A DNA stretch of 64,000 bases, from contig NC_057743.1 of NCBI RefSeq assembly GCF_004010195.1, positions 21,987,809 through 22,051,808 on the forward strand. Reading direction: 5' to 3'. Numbering within the stretch: the stretch's first letter is position 1; each line of letters begins with the position of its first letter. Below, piece by piece: positions 50,268 through 63,471 of this stretch. This DNA is from Chiloscyllium plagiosum. Its lineage: Eukaryota. The notes beneath the pieces are model-generated. The model saw only the letters and a list, made by a program, of their open reading frames with translations, searched no databases and had not been told where the DNA came from. The position numbers were made by a program, and so were the translations under genes.

Positions 50268-52520
50268 GAGTCAGACATACAGCACAGAAACAGACCGTCA
50301 GTCCAAATTGTCCATGTCAACCAGATATCCTAACCTAATCTAGTCCCAATTGCCAGCACTTGGCCCATTGCCATGTAAAACCTTATTCATATACCCATCC
50401 AGATGCCCTTATAATGCTGTAATTGTACCAACCTCCACCACTTCTTCTGGCAGCTCATTCCATATACCCACCACCCTCTGAAAACATTGCCGCTTAGGTC
50501 CCTTTTATATCTTTCCCCTCTCACTCTGAGCCTATGCCCTCTAGTTCTGGACTCCACCACCCCAGGGAAAAGATCTTGTCTATTTATCTTATCCATACCC
50601 ATCATTTTATAAACCTCTATAAAGGTCATTCCTCAGCCTCTGATGCTCCAGGGAAAACAGCCCTACCCTATTCAGCCTCTCCCTATACCTCAAATCCTCC
50701 AACCCTGGCAATATCCTTGTAAATCCTTTCTGAACCCTTTCAAGTTTCACAACATCCTTCCAATAGGAAGGAGACCAGAATTGCATGCAATATCCCAAAA
50801 GTGGCCTAACTAATGTCCTGTACAGCTGCAACATGACCTCCCAACTCCTATACTCAATGCTCTGACCAATAAAAGGAAACCATACCAAACGCCACCTTCA
50901 CTATCCTATGTACCTGCCACTCCATTTTCAAATAGCTATGAACCTCCACTCAAAGGTCTCTTTGTTCAGAAACACTCCAGAGGACCTTACCATTAAGCAT
51001 TCAAGTCCTGCTCTGATTTGCTTTTCCAAAATGCAGCATCTCACATTTATCTAAATTAAACTCCTTCTGCCACTCCTCAACCCATTGGCCCATCTGATCA
51101 TGATCCTGTTGTACTCCGAGGTAACCTTCTTTGCTGTCCACTAGAGTCAGAGACATACAGCATGGAAACAGACCCTTCGGTCCAACCTGTCCATGCCGAC
51201 CAGATATCCCAACCCAATCTAGTCCCACTTGCCAGCACCCAGCCCATATCCCTTCAAACCCTTCCTATTCATATATCCATCCAAACACCTCAAATGTTGC
51301 AATTGTAACAGCCTCCACCACTTCCTCTGGCAGCTCATTCCATACACGTACCACCCTCTGCGTGAAAAAGTTCCCCTTAGGTCTCATATCTTTCCCTTCT
51401 CACCCCAAACCTATGCCCTCTAGTTCTGGATTCCCCAAACCCAGGGAAATTACTTTACCCATTTACCCCCCTCCATGCCCCTCATAATTTTGTAAACTTC
51501 TGTAAGGTCACCCCTCAGCCTCCGACGCTCCAGGGAAAACAGCCCCAGCCTGTTCAGCCTCTCTCTATAGCTCAAATCCTCCAATCCTGGCAACATCCTT
51601 GTAAATCTTTTCTGAACTCTTACAAGTTTCACAACATCTTTCTGATATGAAGGAGACCAGAATTGCACGCAATATTCCAACATTGGCCTAACCAATGTCC
51701 TGTATAGCCACAACATGACCTCCCAACTCCTGTACTCAATACTCTGACCAATAAAGGAAAGCATACCAAACACCTTCTTCACTATCCTGTCTACCTGCGA
51801 CTCCACTTTCAAGGAGCTATGAACCTGCACTCCAAGGTTCGCCTGTTCAGCAACACTCCCTAGGACCTTACCATTAAGTGTATAAGTCCTGCTAAGATTT
51901 GCTTTACCAAAATGCAGCACCTCGCATTTAGCTGAATTCAACTCCATCTGCCACTTCTCAGCCCATTGGCCCATCTGATCGAGATCCTGTTGTAATCAGA
52001 GGTAACCCTCTTCGCTATCCACTACACTTCCAATTTTGGTGTCATCTGCAAACTTACTAACTGTACCTCTTATGCTTGCATCCAAATCATTTATGTAAAT
52101 GACAAAAAGCAGAGGACCCAGCACCGATCCTTGTGGCACTCCACTGGTTACAGGCCTCCAGTCTGAAAAACAACCCTCCACCACCACCCTCTGCCTTTTA
52201 CCTTCGAGCCAGTTCTGTATCCAAATGGCTAGTTCTCCCTGTATTCCATGAGATCTAACCTTGTTAATCAGTCTCCCATGAGGAACCTTGTCGAGCACCT
52301 TACTGAAGTCCATATAGATCACGTCGACAGCTCTGCCCTCAATTTTCTTAAGAAATAAGAAAAAAAACTCAAATTTAAGAGACATGATTTCCCACACACA
52401 AACCCATGCTGACTATCCCTAATCAGTCCATGCCTCTCCAAATACATGAAAATCCTGTCCTTCAGGATTCCCTCCAACAACCTGCCCACTACCGATGTCA
52501 GGCTCACCGGTCTATAGTGA
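50268..52520 (-). mobile_element. Two tandem 5'-truncated CR1-type LINEs (50268-51143 and 51144-52520)
   Basis: Two copies of the 3' tail and the LVRPxLEYCxQFWSP region. The second copy has [15 protein letters not shown] and KFADDTK. Confidence 0.9.
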
Positions 52521-52784
52521 TGAAGTAGATCTATTTATAGAACACAAAATTTGGGTTAAAGATTTGTAAGTTGTGTGCTAGAAAAGCACCTACTTGAACA
52601 TCTACACCATCATTGTGGAGAAATGGAAAACTTTACCAATGTCTGTTGATGTACAATGTCAGTGAAACATATACTGGTATTCAAGAACCTTAGCAGTTCT
52701 GCTCATTAAACATTACAACTTCCAAACTCACTGAAAACTAAACTTCCCTTATGTTAATCCTTTGAAATAAGGCTTTAATTAACA

Positions 52785-55600
52785 ACTAGGAGCAGGCCAT
52801 CTGGCCCTTCGTGCCTGCTCCACCATTCAATAAGATCATGGCTCACCAGCACCCTATACATCTGCAACATAACCTCTCTACTTTTAAACTCAACTCTTTA
52901 GTTATGAAGGACAAAATTCCATTTGCCTTCTTAATTACTTGTTGCACCTGCAGACCAATATTCTGTGATTCATGCACAAGGACACCCAGGTCCCTCTGCA
53001 CAACACCATGCTGCAATGTCTTACCATTCAAGTAATAATTCTTATTACTGTTATTCCTGCCAAAATGGATGACTTCACATTTATCAACATTGTGCTCCAT
53101 CTGCCAGATCTTTGCCCACCCAATTAAACTACCTAAATCCCGTTGCAAAGTTTCACAGTCCTCTGCACACTTTGCTCTACCACTCACCTTAATGTCATCC
53201 ACAAACTTTAACAGACTACACGTGGTCCTCCACTCCAAATCATCTATGTAAATTGTGAATAATTGTGGTCCCAACACTGATCCCTGATGCACACCATTGG
53301 TCGCTAATCACTAACCAGAATAGTACTCATTTATTCCCACTATTGTTCCTGTTGGTTAACCAATCCTCTACCATACTTATACATTGCCCATAACACCTTG
53401 CATCTTTATATTATGCAGCACCTTGTCAAATGCCTTTTTGAAATCTAGATATACCAAATTTACTGAGTCTCTGTTGTCCACCGTCTTCGTAATGTCTTTA
53501 TAGAATTCAAAAAAAAAGTTAAGCCTGACCGGCCATTCATAAACCCATGCTGCATCTGCCCAACGGGACAATTTCTATCTGGATGCCATGCTATTTCATC
53601 CTTGATAATACACTCAAGCATCTTCCCCACTACAGAAGTTAAACTAACTGGTGTATAATTCCCCATATTTTGTCTATCTCCCTTTTTAAACAGCAGCATC
53701 ACATTTGCTATTTCTCCCGCCATCTCTTTTAGCAACGTGGGATGCATTCCATCAGGGCCAAGAAACTTGTCTACACTTAGCTTGCCCCACACTACCTCTT
53801 TCGTGATAATAATTGTTTCCAGGTCCTCACCTACTTTTGTCGCTTTGTCAATTACTGCCATGTTATTCGTACCCTCCACTGTGAAGACTGACAAAATGCC
53901 TCGTCCATTTCCTCATTTCCCCTTACTAAATTCCCCTTCTCATCCTCTAAAGAATGAATGTTTACTCTAGCCACTCTTGTTTCACATATTTATAGAAACT
54001 TTTACTATCTGGCTTTATATTCTGAGCTCGTTTTTCTTCTCAATCCATCTTACTTTTCTTTATAGCTCTTTGTGGCTTTCTGTTGACCTTTAAAGCTTTC
54101 CCAATTTTCTAGTTTCCTGCTGATCTTGGCCACTTTGTATGCCTGCTCTTTCAATTTGATAGCTTCCCTTAATCCCTTAGGCACCCATGGCAGATTACCC
54201 CTTTTCTCAGTCCTTTTTCACTGATATATACTTTTGCTGAGCACTTTGAATAATTGCTTTGAAAGTCCTCCACTGTCCCACCATAAAGTCTTTGCTTTCA
54301 GTTTACTTCAGTCGACTCCTCCTTCATCCTATTGTAGTCTCCCTTGTTTAAGCACAGGATTCTGGTATTGGATTTTATATTCACACTTTCCATTTGTATT
54401 CTAAATTCAACCATATTGCGATCGCTCCTTCTGAGAGGATCACCAACTATGACATTATTCATTATTTCTGTTTCATTTTTACACAGGACCAGATCCCAGA
54501 TTGCTTACTCTCTCATCAGTTCCATTACATACTGTTAAAGAAAATTATTATGGATACATTCAAGGCTAACCTGACCAACTTGGTTTGACTAATCGACATG
54601 TAGTGTAAAATCCCCCTAATATTTGCCGTACCGTCTTTACAGGCATTAGTTATTTCTTTATTGCCTTCCCCAATGTGATATTGTTTGGCGATATTTTTAT
54701 AGACTACACCTATCAGTAACTTGCTCTTCCTAGAATTTGTAATTTCCACCCAAATGGATTCAACCATATTCTCCACAGCACTTATATCATCTCTCACCAT
54801 CGCCTTGATGTTGTCCATAAATATCAGAGCTACACCACCTCCCTGCCCGTCCTTTCAAATAATCTGATATACCTGGATACTTAACTCCCAATTGTGACCA
54901 CCCTGCAACCATGTCTCTGCAACAGCTACTAAATCTCATTCATTCGCAATGACTTGTGCCGTTAATTCATCCACGCTGTCCTTATGCTAGTTTTTGTACA
55001 TAATCTCCTGAGTTATCCTTCCTTTTTACTTCTTTTATAGTCTGCCATGTAGTTAAACCCTCCTGCACACATGCTAAACTGCTGCTTTCCTTTATATTTA
55101 CCATTATAATTCCTGTCATTTTCCCCTTCCCTTCCCCTTCCGATTCACTCGTTTAAGTCTAGTGACCACCCTACTTATCCTTATCACTAGAACACTGGTT
55201 CCAGATCAGTTCAGGTGGAGACCATCCCATCAGTACAGATCCTCCTGTTCCAAAACTAATCCCAATGCCCCATGAAATGGAACCCCTCTTTCCCACACCA
55301 CTCCTTTAGCCACATGTTTACTTCTAATTTTCTTATCCCTAAACCAATTTGCATGTAGCTTAGGTAGTAATCTGGAGATTATAACCCTTGAGGACCTGTT
55401 GCTTAATTTCATCCCTAGTACTTGATAATCCTCAAACAGGTCCTCTTTCCTAGGCTTGCCTATGTTATTTGTCCCAATGTGGACCACAACAACTGGATCC
55501 TTGCCTTCCTGCTCCAGTATCCTTTCAAGCTGGTCAGAGATGTCCTGCACCCTGGCACTGGTCAGGCAACATACCATGCGGGACTCACGATTCTGCTTAC
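52785..55600 (-). mobile_element. Long decayed CR1-type LINE: ORF1 SGNH-esterase region, APE endonuclease and RT
   Basis: ARVQDISDQLERIL..PVVVVHIGTNNIG (ORF1 esterase); VESIWVEI..LIGVVY (APE); QGSVLGPQLFTIYIDDL and KFVDDIK (RT). Confidence 0.88.
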
Positions 55601-57404
55601 AAAAGGATGCATTAGGGCATTTCTGAATAGAATTAAATATAAAACGTGAATTCTAAGAAAACTTAAGTGGATTAGAAGTTATTGCTCCGATATTACCATG
55701 GTCATACCAGTTTAACCAACAGCAAGTGCTGCCTTTACTTCACTAAACTGACAGCAACTTCAGGAGTCTGGACATGCACAAATTCATTTAGAAACACTAA
55801 AGTTGCTCTCAGTGATGCATGTTCCTCTCCTTCACCCCCCCCCCCCCCAAAAGAGTGTACATTGCTGAGTATCCACTCACAAAATTTTAGCCACTGAAAA
55901 AAATCAATGAAGTGACAAGAATTTTTATTCTCTCTCATTATTTAAAAACCCTTCAAAAAGTGACACTTTGTTGACCAAGATGTACTTATATTTGTAAAAC
56001 GTAAATTTCTACACATTTAAAATAAACATATTTAAATCTAGTTGTAATCATGTATTTTACAACAAAAGATTAAGAGCTTTTAGTGATTTTGTTTGCAATT
56101 AGTGAATACTTCAGGCAATTGTTTCTGTATCCTGCTTATATATATTGTTGCTGCAAACCAAGATTTACTTTGACTTGATGCCAGAAACAACTGCCGTTAG
56201 CAAAGAGGAAACACATTGCCACAGAGATTGCTACATCTTTGTGGACAACTTTCTTCGAGGTCACCAGTAAATATCCTTGCTTTGTCATTCAGCACGAAAT
56301 CCAGGCCAATGTTTTGGGGAGGGTAACATCCCAAAATCTTAAACTATTCTTTCCTGATGCAAGAGGCCCTCTACAATTCTAGATATTACCAATAATTTTG
56401 CTTCTTAGTAGGTTGGGAAATAATGATTTCACATACACAATCCTTAAACTTTAAAACTATGTAATGAATAGCTTTAATCAACTGTATTTGTCAAATTTGC
56501 AATAACTGGATCATTTCCATACAACATTATCATACTGAGAAATAATACACTCATTCTCCCCATCTGTTTGTCTTGTTAATTTTATGAAATCAGATGTGTG
56601 CTTGGGCCCTCACACTAAGTGAAATTGATGATACTAAAATACAAATGAGGAGCACAAGTAGGCTCTTCAGCCCCTCTATTTTGTTTCAGCAGTCAATAAC
56701 ATCATGGTTGATCTGTTAGTGTTTAGATTTCCACATTCACATCTACTCCAATAACCTTTGATTCACTTGCCTAACAAAAACAAACTATATCCACCCTAAA
56801 AATATACAATGACCTTGTCATCATCCTTCGAAGTCAAGGAGTTCCAAGGTTACACAACCCTCAGAGAAAAACCAACTCCTAGTTTTAAAACAGTGCTTCA
56901 CTGTGGTTTTTAATTAATAAAACCTAGTTCTAGGCTCACTTCAGAGAGGAAGCATCCTTCACACATCCATCCAGTCAAGATCTTATTTATACTTTAATCA
57001 ACCTGTTCGGACATGTTACGACATACCTCTGGGACAGGTGGGACTTAAACCTGAAACTATAGGCTTATGATGCCTTCCTCTGGGCCAGATAAAAAGGGAT
57101 CCATGTATTTCAAACAAGTTCCCCTTCACAAGGCCAGTCTCTCCAACCATTCTTCAGAAGACAATTCACTCATTTCAGGTATCAATCCAGTAAGCAATTG
57201 TATGTTGGGGTAGCAAAGTAGTTAGCATTGCTGCTTCACAGTGCCTGGAATCAGAGCTTACCTCCAGCTTCAGTGGCCTCTATTTGCACTGTAGCGCTTT
57301 TCTGATTCTAAGCCTCCTCTGAACCATCCCCATCCCACAAACATCCACAATATGCAATCTCATCAATGAGTTATATAACTGCAGCATAACATCCTTACTT
57401 CTAT

Positions 57405-59330
57405 TCCTCTAGGAAGTCAGACATTGGTGATGACAAGGTGTTGGAGGGAATCCTGAGGGAAGGATTTGCATATATTTGGAAAGACAGGGCCTGATTAGGC
57501 TTAGTCAACATGGCTTTGAGCATGGGAAATGATGATTCATGAATTGAGTTTTTTGAGAAGTAACAAAGAGGATTGAAGTGGGCAGAGTAGTGGACATGAT
57601 CTATGTAGAATTCAGTATGACATTCGACAAGATTCCTCATGGTAGACTGGTCAGCAAGGTTAGATCACAATAGAATAACTAGTTATATGGATACAGAACT
57701 GGCTCAAATGTAGATGACAGAGGGTGATGGAGGAGGGCTGTTTTAAAGACTGGAGGCCTCTGACCAGCAGTGTGCCATAGGGATTGATGCTCGGTGCAAT
57801 GCTTTTCATCATTTGTATAAACAAATTTGGATGCAAACATTGAAAACATTGCAAGCTTGCAGATGGCACCAAAATTAGTAGTATAGTGGACATCAAAAGA
57901 GGTTACCTCAGGGTACAATGGGATCTTGATTAGATGGGCAAATAGGCCGAAGAGTGGCAGATAGAGCTTAATTTCGATGAATGTGAGATGCTGCATTTTG
58001 CAAAGGCAAATCAGGGTAGGACTTATATGCTTAATGGTCAGGTCTGGAGAGTGTTGTTGAACAAATGCAGGTACAGCAGGTAGTGAAGGCAGCTAATAGC
58101 ATGTTGGCCTTCATAACAAGAGGGATTGAGTATAGAAGCAAAGAGGTTCTTCTGCAGCTGTACAGGGCCCTGGTGAGACCACACCTGGAGTACTGTGTGC
58201 AGTTCTGGTCTCCAAATTTGAGGAAAGACATTCTGGCTATTGAGAGAGTGCAGCATAGGTTCACGAGGTCAATTCCTGGAAAGACGGGACTACCTTACGC
58301 TGAAAGACTGGAGCGACTGGGCTTGTATACCCTTGAGTTTAGAAGACTGAGAGGCGATCTGATTGAGACATACAAGATTATTAAAGGATTGGACACTCTG
58401 GAGGCAGGAAACATGTTTCCGCTGATGGGTGAGTGCCAAACCAGAGGACACAGCTTAAAAATACGGGATAGACCATTTAGGACAGAGATGAGGAGAAACT
58501 TCTTCACCCAGAGAATGGTGGCTGTGTGGAATGCTCTGCCCCAGTGGGCAGTGTAGGCCCAGTCTCTGGATTCATTTAAGAAAGAGTTGGATAGAGCTCT
58601 CAAGGATAGTAGAATCAAGGGTTCTGGAGATAAGGCAGGAACAGGATACTGATTAAGGATGATCAGCCATGATCATATTGAATGGTGGTGCAGGCTCAAA
58701 GGGCAGAATGGCCTATTCCTGCACCTCTTGTCTATTGTCAAAGAGGCCTTGGAGTGAAAGTTCATAGTTCCTTGAAAATGGCGTCAAAGGTGGATAGGAT
58801 AGTGAATGCAGCACTAAAGGAAAGTTGAGCTTTCCTTTACTGGGGAGAAAGTGAGGTCTGCAGATGCTGGAGATCAGAGCTGAAAATGTGTTGCTGGAAA
58901 AGCACAGCAGGTCAGGCAGCATCCAGGAACAGGAGAATCGACGTTTCGGGCTTAAGCCCTTCTTCAGGAATCCTTTATTGGGCAATGCATGGAGTATAGG
59001 AGTTGGGAGGTCATGTTGCAGCTGTACAGGACATTGGTTAGGCCACTATAGGATGTTGTGAAATTTGAAAGGGTTCAGAAAAGATTTACAGGAACGTTGC
59101 CTGGGTTACAGCTGTAGAGAGAGTCTGAATAGACTGGGGTATTTTTTTCCAAAGCACTGGAGGCTGAGGAAAGACATTATAGAAAGTTTATAAAATCATG
59201 AGGAGCATGGATAGACAAGACCTTTTGCCTGGGGTGGGAGCCTAAAACTAGAGGGACACATTTATGGTGAGAGGGGTAAGATTTAAAAGGAATCTAAGGA
59301 GCAATCTTTTCACGCAGAGGGGATGTGTGT
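57405..59330 (+). mobile_element. Nested CR1-type LINEs (old copy interrupted by a younger 3' fragment at 58064-58737 and a PLE-derived insert at 58842-58971)
   Basis: ORF 58065-58556 LVRPHLEYCVQFWSP; flanks are collinear decayed RT; tcctttaYtggg is duplicated around the PLE-derived insert. Confidence 0.85.
58936..58971 (-). ncRNA. Minimal type I hammerhead ribozyme, intact core, sense to the CPTP pre-mRNA
   Basis: Minus strand reads AUUC-CUGAAGA-A-GGGC(UUAA)GCCC-GAAA-CG-UC-GAUU. Palindromic ACGU helix III; helix I is weak. Confidence 0.7.
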
Positions 59331-59529
59331 CTTTTGTGATTCAGAACACCAACGTCAGAATTCTACAATTGTGCTCTACTTAAGATAGTCCTCATTATTC
59401 TTCCTACCAAACAAAAATCAACATCACGATTTCCCAATTACATTCCATCTGCCAACCTCTCCACATCTACCTGCAGTCTCCATAAACCCTGATGACAACA
59501 CAGCGAGAGGATTTTTTTAAGTCACTCAC

Positions 59530-59648
59530 TTTACCAGCCCTTTCCATCCTTCTAAGTAATGTTCCTGCAGGATTTCTCCCTCATCAGTCAGGCACTTTTT
59601 GAAAGACTCCAGAACCTCAGCCAAACTGAACCTGTCCGGATCAGCCAT
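59530..59648 (-). CDS. CPTP: Ceramide-1-phosphate transfer protein, first coding exon
   Basis: MADPDRFSLAEVLESFKKCLTDEGEILQEHYLEGWKGLVK|gtgagt, phase 2. Joined CDS is 642 nt, 213 aa. Confidence 0.93.
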
Positions 59649-59649
59649 C

Positions 59650-59840
59650 TTAGAACTTCAAGCGAAAGGGCGGGGTACGCTTTTGACCAATCACAGCGCG
59701 GCACTCCCTGCCGGAAGCCCCGCCTCCGCACCGGCCCGCCTGGAGCGTGCATTCCATTGGATGTTGCCCCTGTCAGTTGGGTTAGGGTGTTGGGTGTCTT
59801 GGTAACGAGGGCCTGCTCGGCCTTGCTGCTGCCTGAGGTA
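59650..59840. promoter_or_regulatory. Bidirectional CpG-island promoter of CPTP and INTS11
   Basis: GGGGCGGGG 59667-59675, CCAATCA 59687, ETS site CCGGAAG 59711, GC box CCCCGCCTCC 59718, inverted CCAAT 59756. Plus-strand donor gag|gtaggc at 59837 suggests a non-coding INTS11 exon 1. Confidence 0.8.
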
Positions 59841-61474
59841 GGCGTGGGGCTGGCGTGGTATATTTGCCCGAATTCGTAGCGACAGTGTTTGGTGGAAAAG
59901 GAAAGGACGGGAGTTACTGTCATTGAGCGGGGTCCTTGTTTACTTAAAAACCCGCCGTCTGCCTTGTGTAGCTGGAAAGTGATAATAAATCGAGTTGGGT
60001 TTTTTTTGTAAAATCCAGCGTTTAAAATGTGAACCTGGAGACTTTAATTCTGATTTTGTGTTCAGACCAATCAAGGGAGGCCTCAGTTGGCTTGTCGTCC
60101 TGTCCATTTTTCACTGTCTGCATTTTTGCTGCTCAGCAAAGCTCACTGTAAACTAATAACTTTGAAGTTTATTTAAGGTCCCACTTATTTTAATGAGATG
60201 TATGTTGCTGAATTCAAATTTTTGAGTAATTTAGTTTTAAAGGCAGAAGATGTCTGAATATTAGTAGAAGCCACGGTAGTGAAAGTTTCTTTTATTTGCA
60301 AACGGTCTGACTGCCTCTTTGTCACTTGTAATGTTACTAACAGCAGTTTCTTTTTTGGATTTTTAGTTATTCTTGGCATGCACTTAAACTTTTCAAGCTC
60401 CCATAGTTGGCTATCAGTCCATATTCTCTGGTTATTAGTATAGGTCTCTGGAATTGTTTGGTCCAGTCACAACTTGAAGACTTTCATTAGTAGGTGTATG
60501 TGTACGTTCAAAAGGCTGTAAAAATTGATCGGTTTCAGGGCATTATGCACTCAGACATTGAGTATAAAAATAAAGTTAATTTGTTCAAACCATGGTACAG
60601 TGAAGATTTGCTAGAATGATTAGAAACATATTTATGTAGTACCTCTCTCTGAAAAATATCCTAAGATGCTTCACAAAGCATCATACAGCAGAAATAAAAG
60701 GTTGTATTATGACAATATGCTCAAAAATAGATCTTTCTTCACTGTAAAAGGAATCTTAATTAGAGATTTAATAGACGTTTTGAAAATGCTTAAATATTTT
60801 AAGGTGCAAACTGTGCAGAATTAGTTGGCATGCCAGGCTATTGAGGTTAAAAGACTGTTTAAAGATTGATTGAACAAAATGAAGGAATTTCTTCTCCAGA
60901 AGGTGGTGACTGTCTGGAATTCTCTATTCCAAAGAGTTGTGCTAGACCACTGAAAGTATTTAAAGAGGTGGTAAATAGAGTTTTGAAATATCGGGGATCT
61001 GAGTGCTTTGAGGGACTGGTACAAGAGAGGAGCTGATGATTGGGGCAGATCAAGCCATGATGTTACTGAGTGGCAGGATGAGCGTGAGGGTATGAATAGC
61101 TTACTCCTATTCCCATTTCTTCGATTTTTACATTCACTATTTGAAAATTACATTTTGTATTAGGATATAGCTGTTGAAAAAATGGGTGTAAAATTCTCAC
61201 AGTGACTTGGAGTTAAAGTTCAGGCCTTTAGACTTTAGCGTACACTCCATACTCCTCTATCCCTGTTTCACGATTATACCATCACTTTTCTTCCCATTTC
61301 TTACTCCCACATAGGACAGACCAAACTGCTGGGCCATGAGATTGCTTGAGATGTTTTTATTTGCTGATACAGTCTGCTTTAAATTTAACAGATCTGTTTT
61401 GCTGAATTAAGATGAGTAGCTGATTTCATCAGTGCGTTCTTGGAAGCACAAGTCGCAGTGAAATCTGATTGCAA

Positions 61475-61502
61475 ATGCCGGAAATAAAAGTCACGCCTTT
61501 AG
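61475..61502 (+). CDS. INTS11: Integrator complex subunit 11 (CPSF3L), first coding segment
   Basis: MPEIKVTPL(G)|gtaat; compare human MPEIRVTPLG. Confidence 0.93.
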
Positions 61503-61592
61503 GTAATAATTTAAATATTCAGCTAGTTATTGGATATGATTCTTAATAAGAGCTTAGAAAGTTTGCAGAATGACCAATCCTTGCTTTTTCAG

Positions 61593-61690
61593 GGGCAGGC
61601 CAGGATGTGGGCCGCAGTTGTATCCTGGTCTCAATTGGTGGGAAAAACGTGATGCTGGATTGTGGAATGCACATGGGATATAATGATGAT
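61593..61690 (+). CDS. INTS11: Integrator complex subunit 11, second coding exon (gene continues beyond the window)
   Basis: cag|[33 protein letters not shown]|gtaagt; metallo-beta-lactamase motif 1. Confidence 0.96.
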
Positions 61691-62502
61691 GTAAGTATGT
61701 GGAATAGTTAAATGGTAGAAAATACAAGAAACCACAGGCCTATGAAATAAGGGGACATCTAAGCTAGTGATATATGACCTGAGTTTACATGGTTCATTTG
61801 TCAATTTTTGTGTATCCATGTTTCCCTCAACGGACATGGACCAGTGTTTGTTGGTTGTTACTCTCTGGTAGAGGGGTTGAAGTGTTCCCAGCCTCCTGCA
61901 GTCTTGGGTTTCACATATCACTGGTGGGGGCAGAACCATCTCCATAACTGTAGTCAGATATAGGTTAATTAACCACTGCAGTTATCACTGTACAAGCAGT
62001 GATTGTTGCTGTGGCCCAGGAAAGGTCCATAGTTTCGATATTCTTGCTGTTGGGTTCTGGTTGGTCTATATAGTGTACGAATAAACCAAATAGGACAGGA
62101 ATCAGTTATACGATCTCTCAAACCACTTGCATCATTCAATAAAATTGTGGCTGATTTTTTCCTTGAACTCAGCTTTCCTGTCCTATTGTCATATTCCTCC
62201 ATTCCCTGGGACTTCAGACATCTAGTAACCTGAGAACTCCCTCATATTTCACATCCCTACCCCTAAATAAAAACTCATAAAGAGGCATTGTGAGTTGACT
62301 TTATCCCCCGGTATTAATTTAGATTTAGGTTTTTAAACAGGATAAATTCATACAGATCGTGTTCTTCCACAATTGGCTCCCTACCTAGGATCAGATATCC
62401 CAGTTTAGACTGAGTATAGCAAATGAAATGTTAGTTAAGTATTTGTCACAGTAGTTAACACTAACTGCAAGTGAAAAGTGCAGTTTCAAGATTAGCACTA
62501 AA

Positions 62503-62542
62503 TTGAGCACATTACTACTCAATGTAGTAGTAATGTGCTCAA
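62503..62542. repeat. Perfect 17-bp stem hairpin with a 6-nt loop
   Basis: ttgagcacattactact-caatgt-agtagtaatgtgctcaa. Confidence 0.85.
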
Positions 62543-63471
62543 CGAACTGTACTTGTCATGTTGTGAACTAACTGAATCATAGCTGCATCTCAAGCAAAGT
62601 CAGAAATTGCAGTATTTGAATAAGAAAACTGGTGACTACAATAATCATGTCTTTTCCTTGTCCCAGATTCTTACAAATATGCACAACCTTCAGTGAGTTT
62701 TCTTCTGTCCTTTCTCAACCATCTTTTCTTGCTAGATTCCAACTGTTGGATGCCCTCTGGTGGGCTAACTACCTCAGACTGTAGAATGATTTCTTGAGTT
62801 TATGCTCCTAAAGGCAAGCCTCGTACATTCTAACCATTAGCTGAAGTTCATGTGCAGGTGATTTTCTTTTAAGTAAATGGTTGGAAAAAGATACACAGAC
62901 CACACCTGGATTTTCAATAATAGTTGTACTGAGAAAGACTCCTTAGCTGAGAGCTCTTAAGACAGTACACACACCTATGATAGGTGTACCAATTGTTAAA
63001 CTTATTGCGCTCTGGCTGAGATCAGTTAGCTGAACAGAATGCAGTTTGGATATTGCTCAGTTCCTAATTGACTTTAACAGAAAAAGCATTAGGGCAGTTT
63101 ACTTTTCAGGTAAATTCTGTCTGTGGTTTATACTTAAAATTTCTGTCAAGATTATTTGATACCAGTAAAAGCATTCTTGCTTGGCACTCAGTTTGTGGAA
63201 AATAAAACTTGAAAAAAAATTGCCTCTTTAAGAATTTAATTTTAAAAAGCTTTCTCTAAAAGAAATGAAATTTCAAATTGCTAGCTGTTTTCACAAAGCC
63301 TGTGAAATCCCGTGAGATTTCCATTCATAGTACATTTTCTTTTTGAAATGATCTTTCCATTTTAGCTTTCTCACTCCTTCTAAGGTACAAGTTCACAGTT
63401 ATTGTCACCTTGTCCAAGCTGTTAGCCTGAAAATGCAAGTTTAACATGTTTGCCATTAGAGAGCATCTTAG

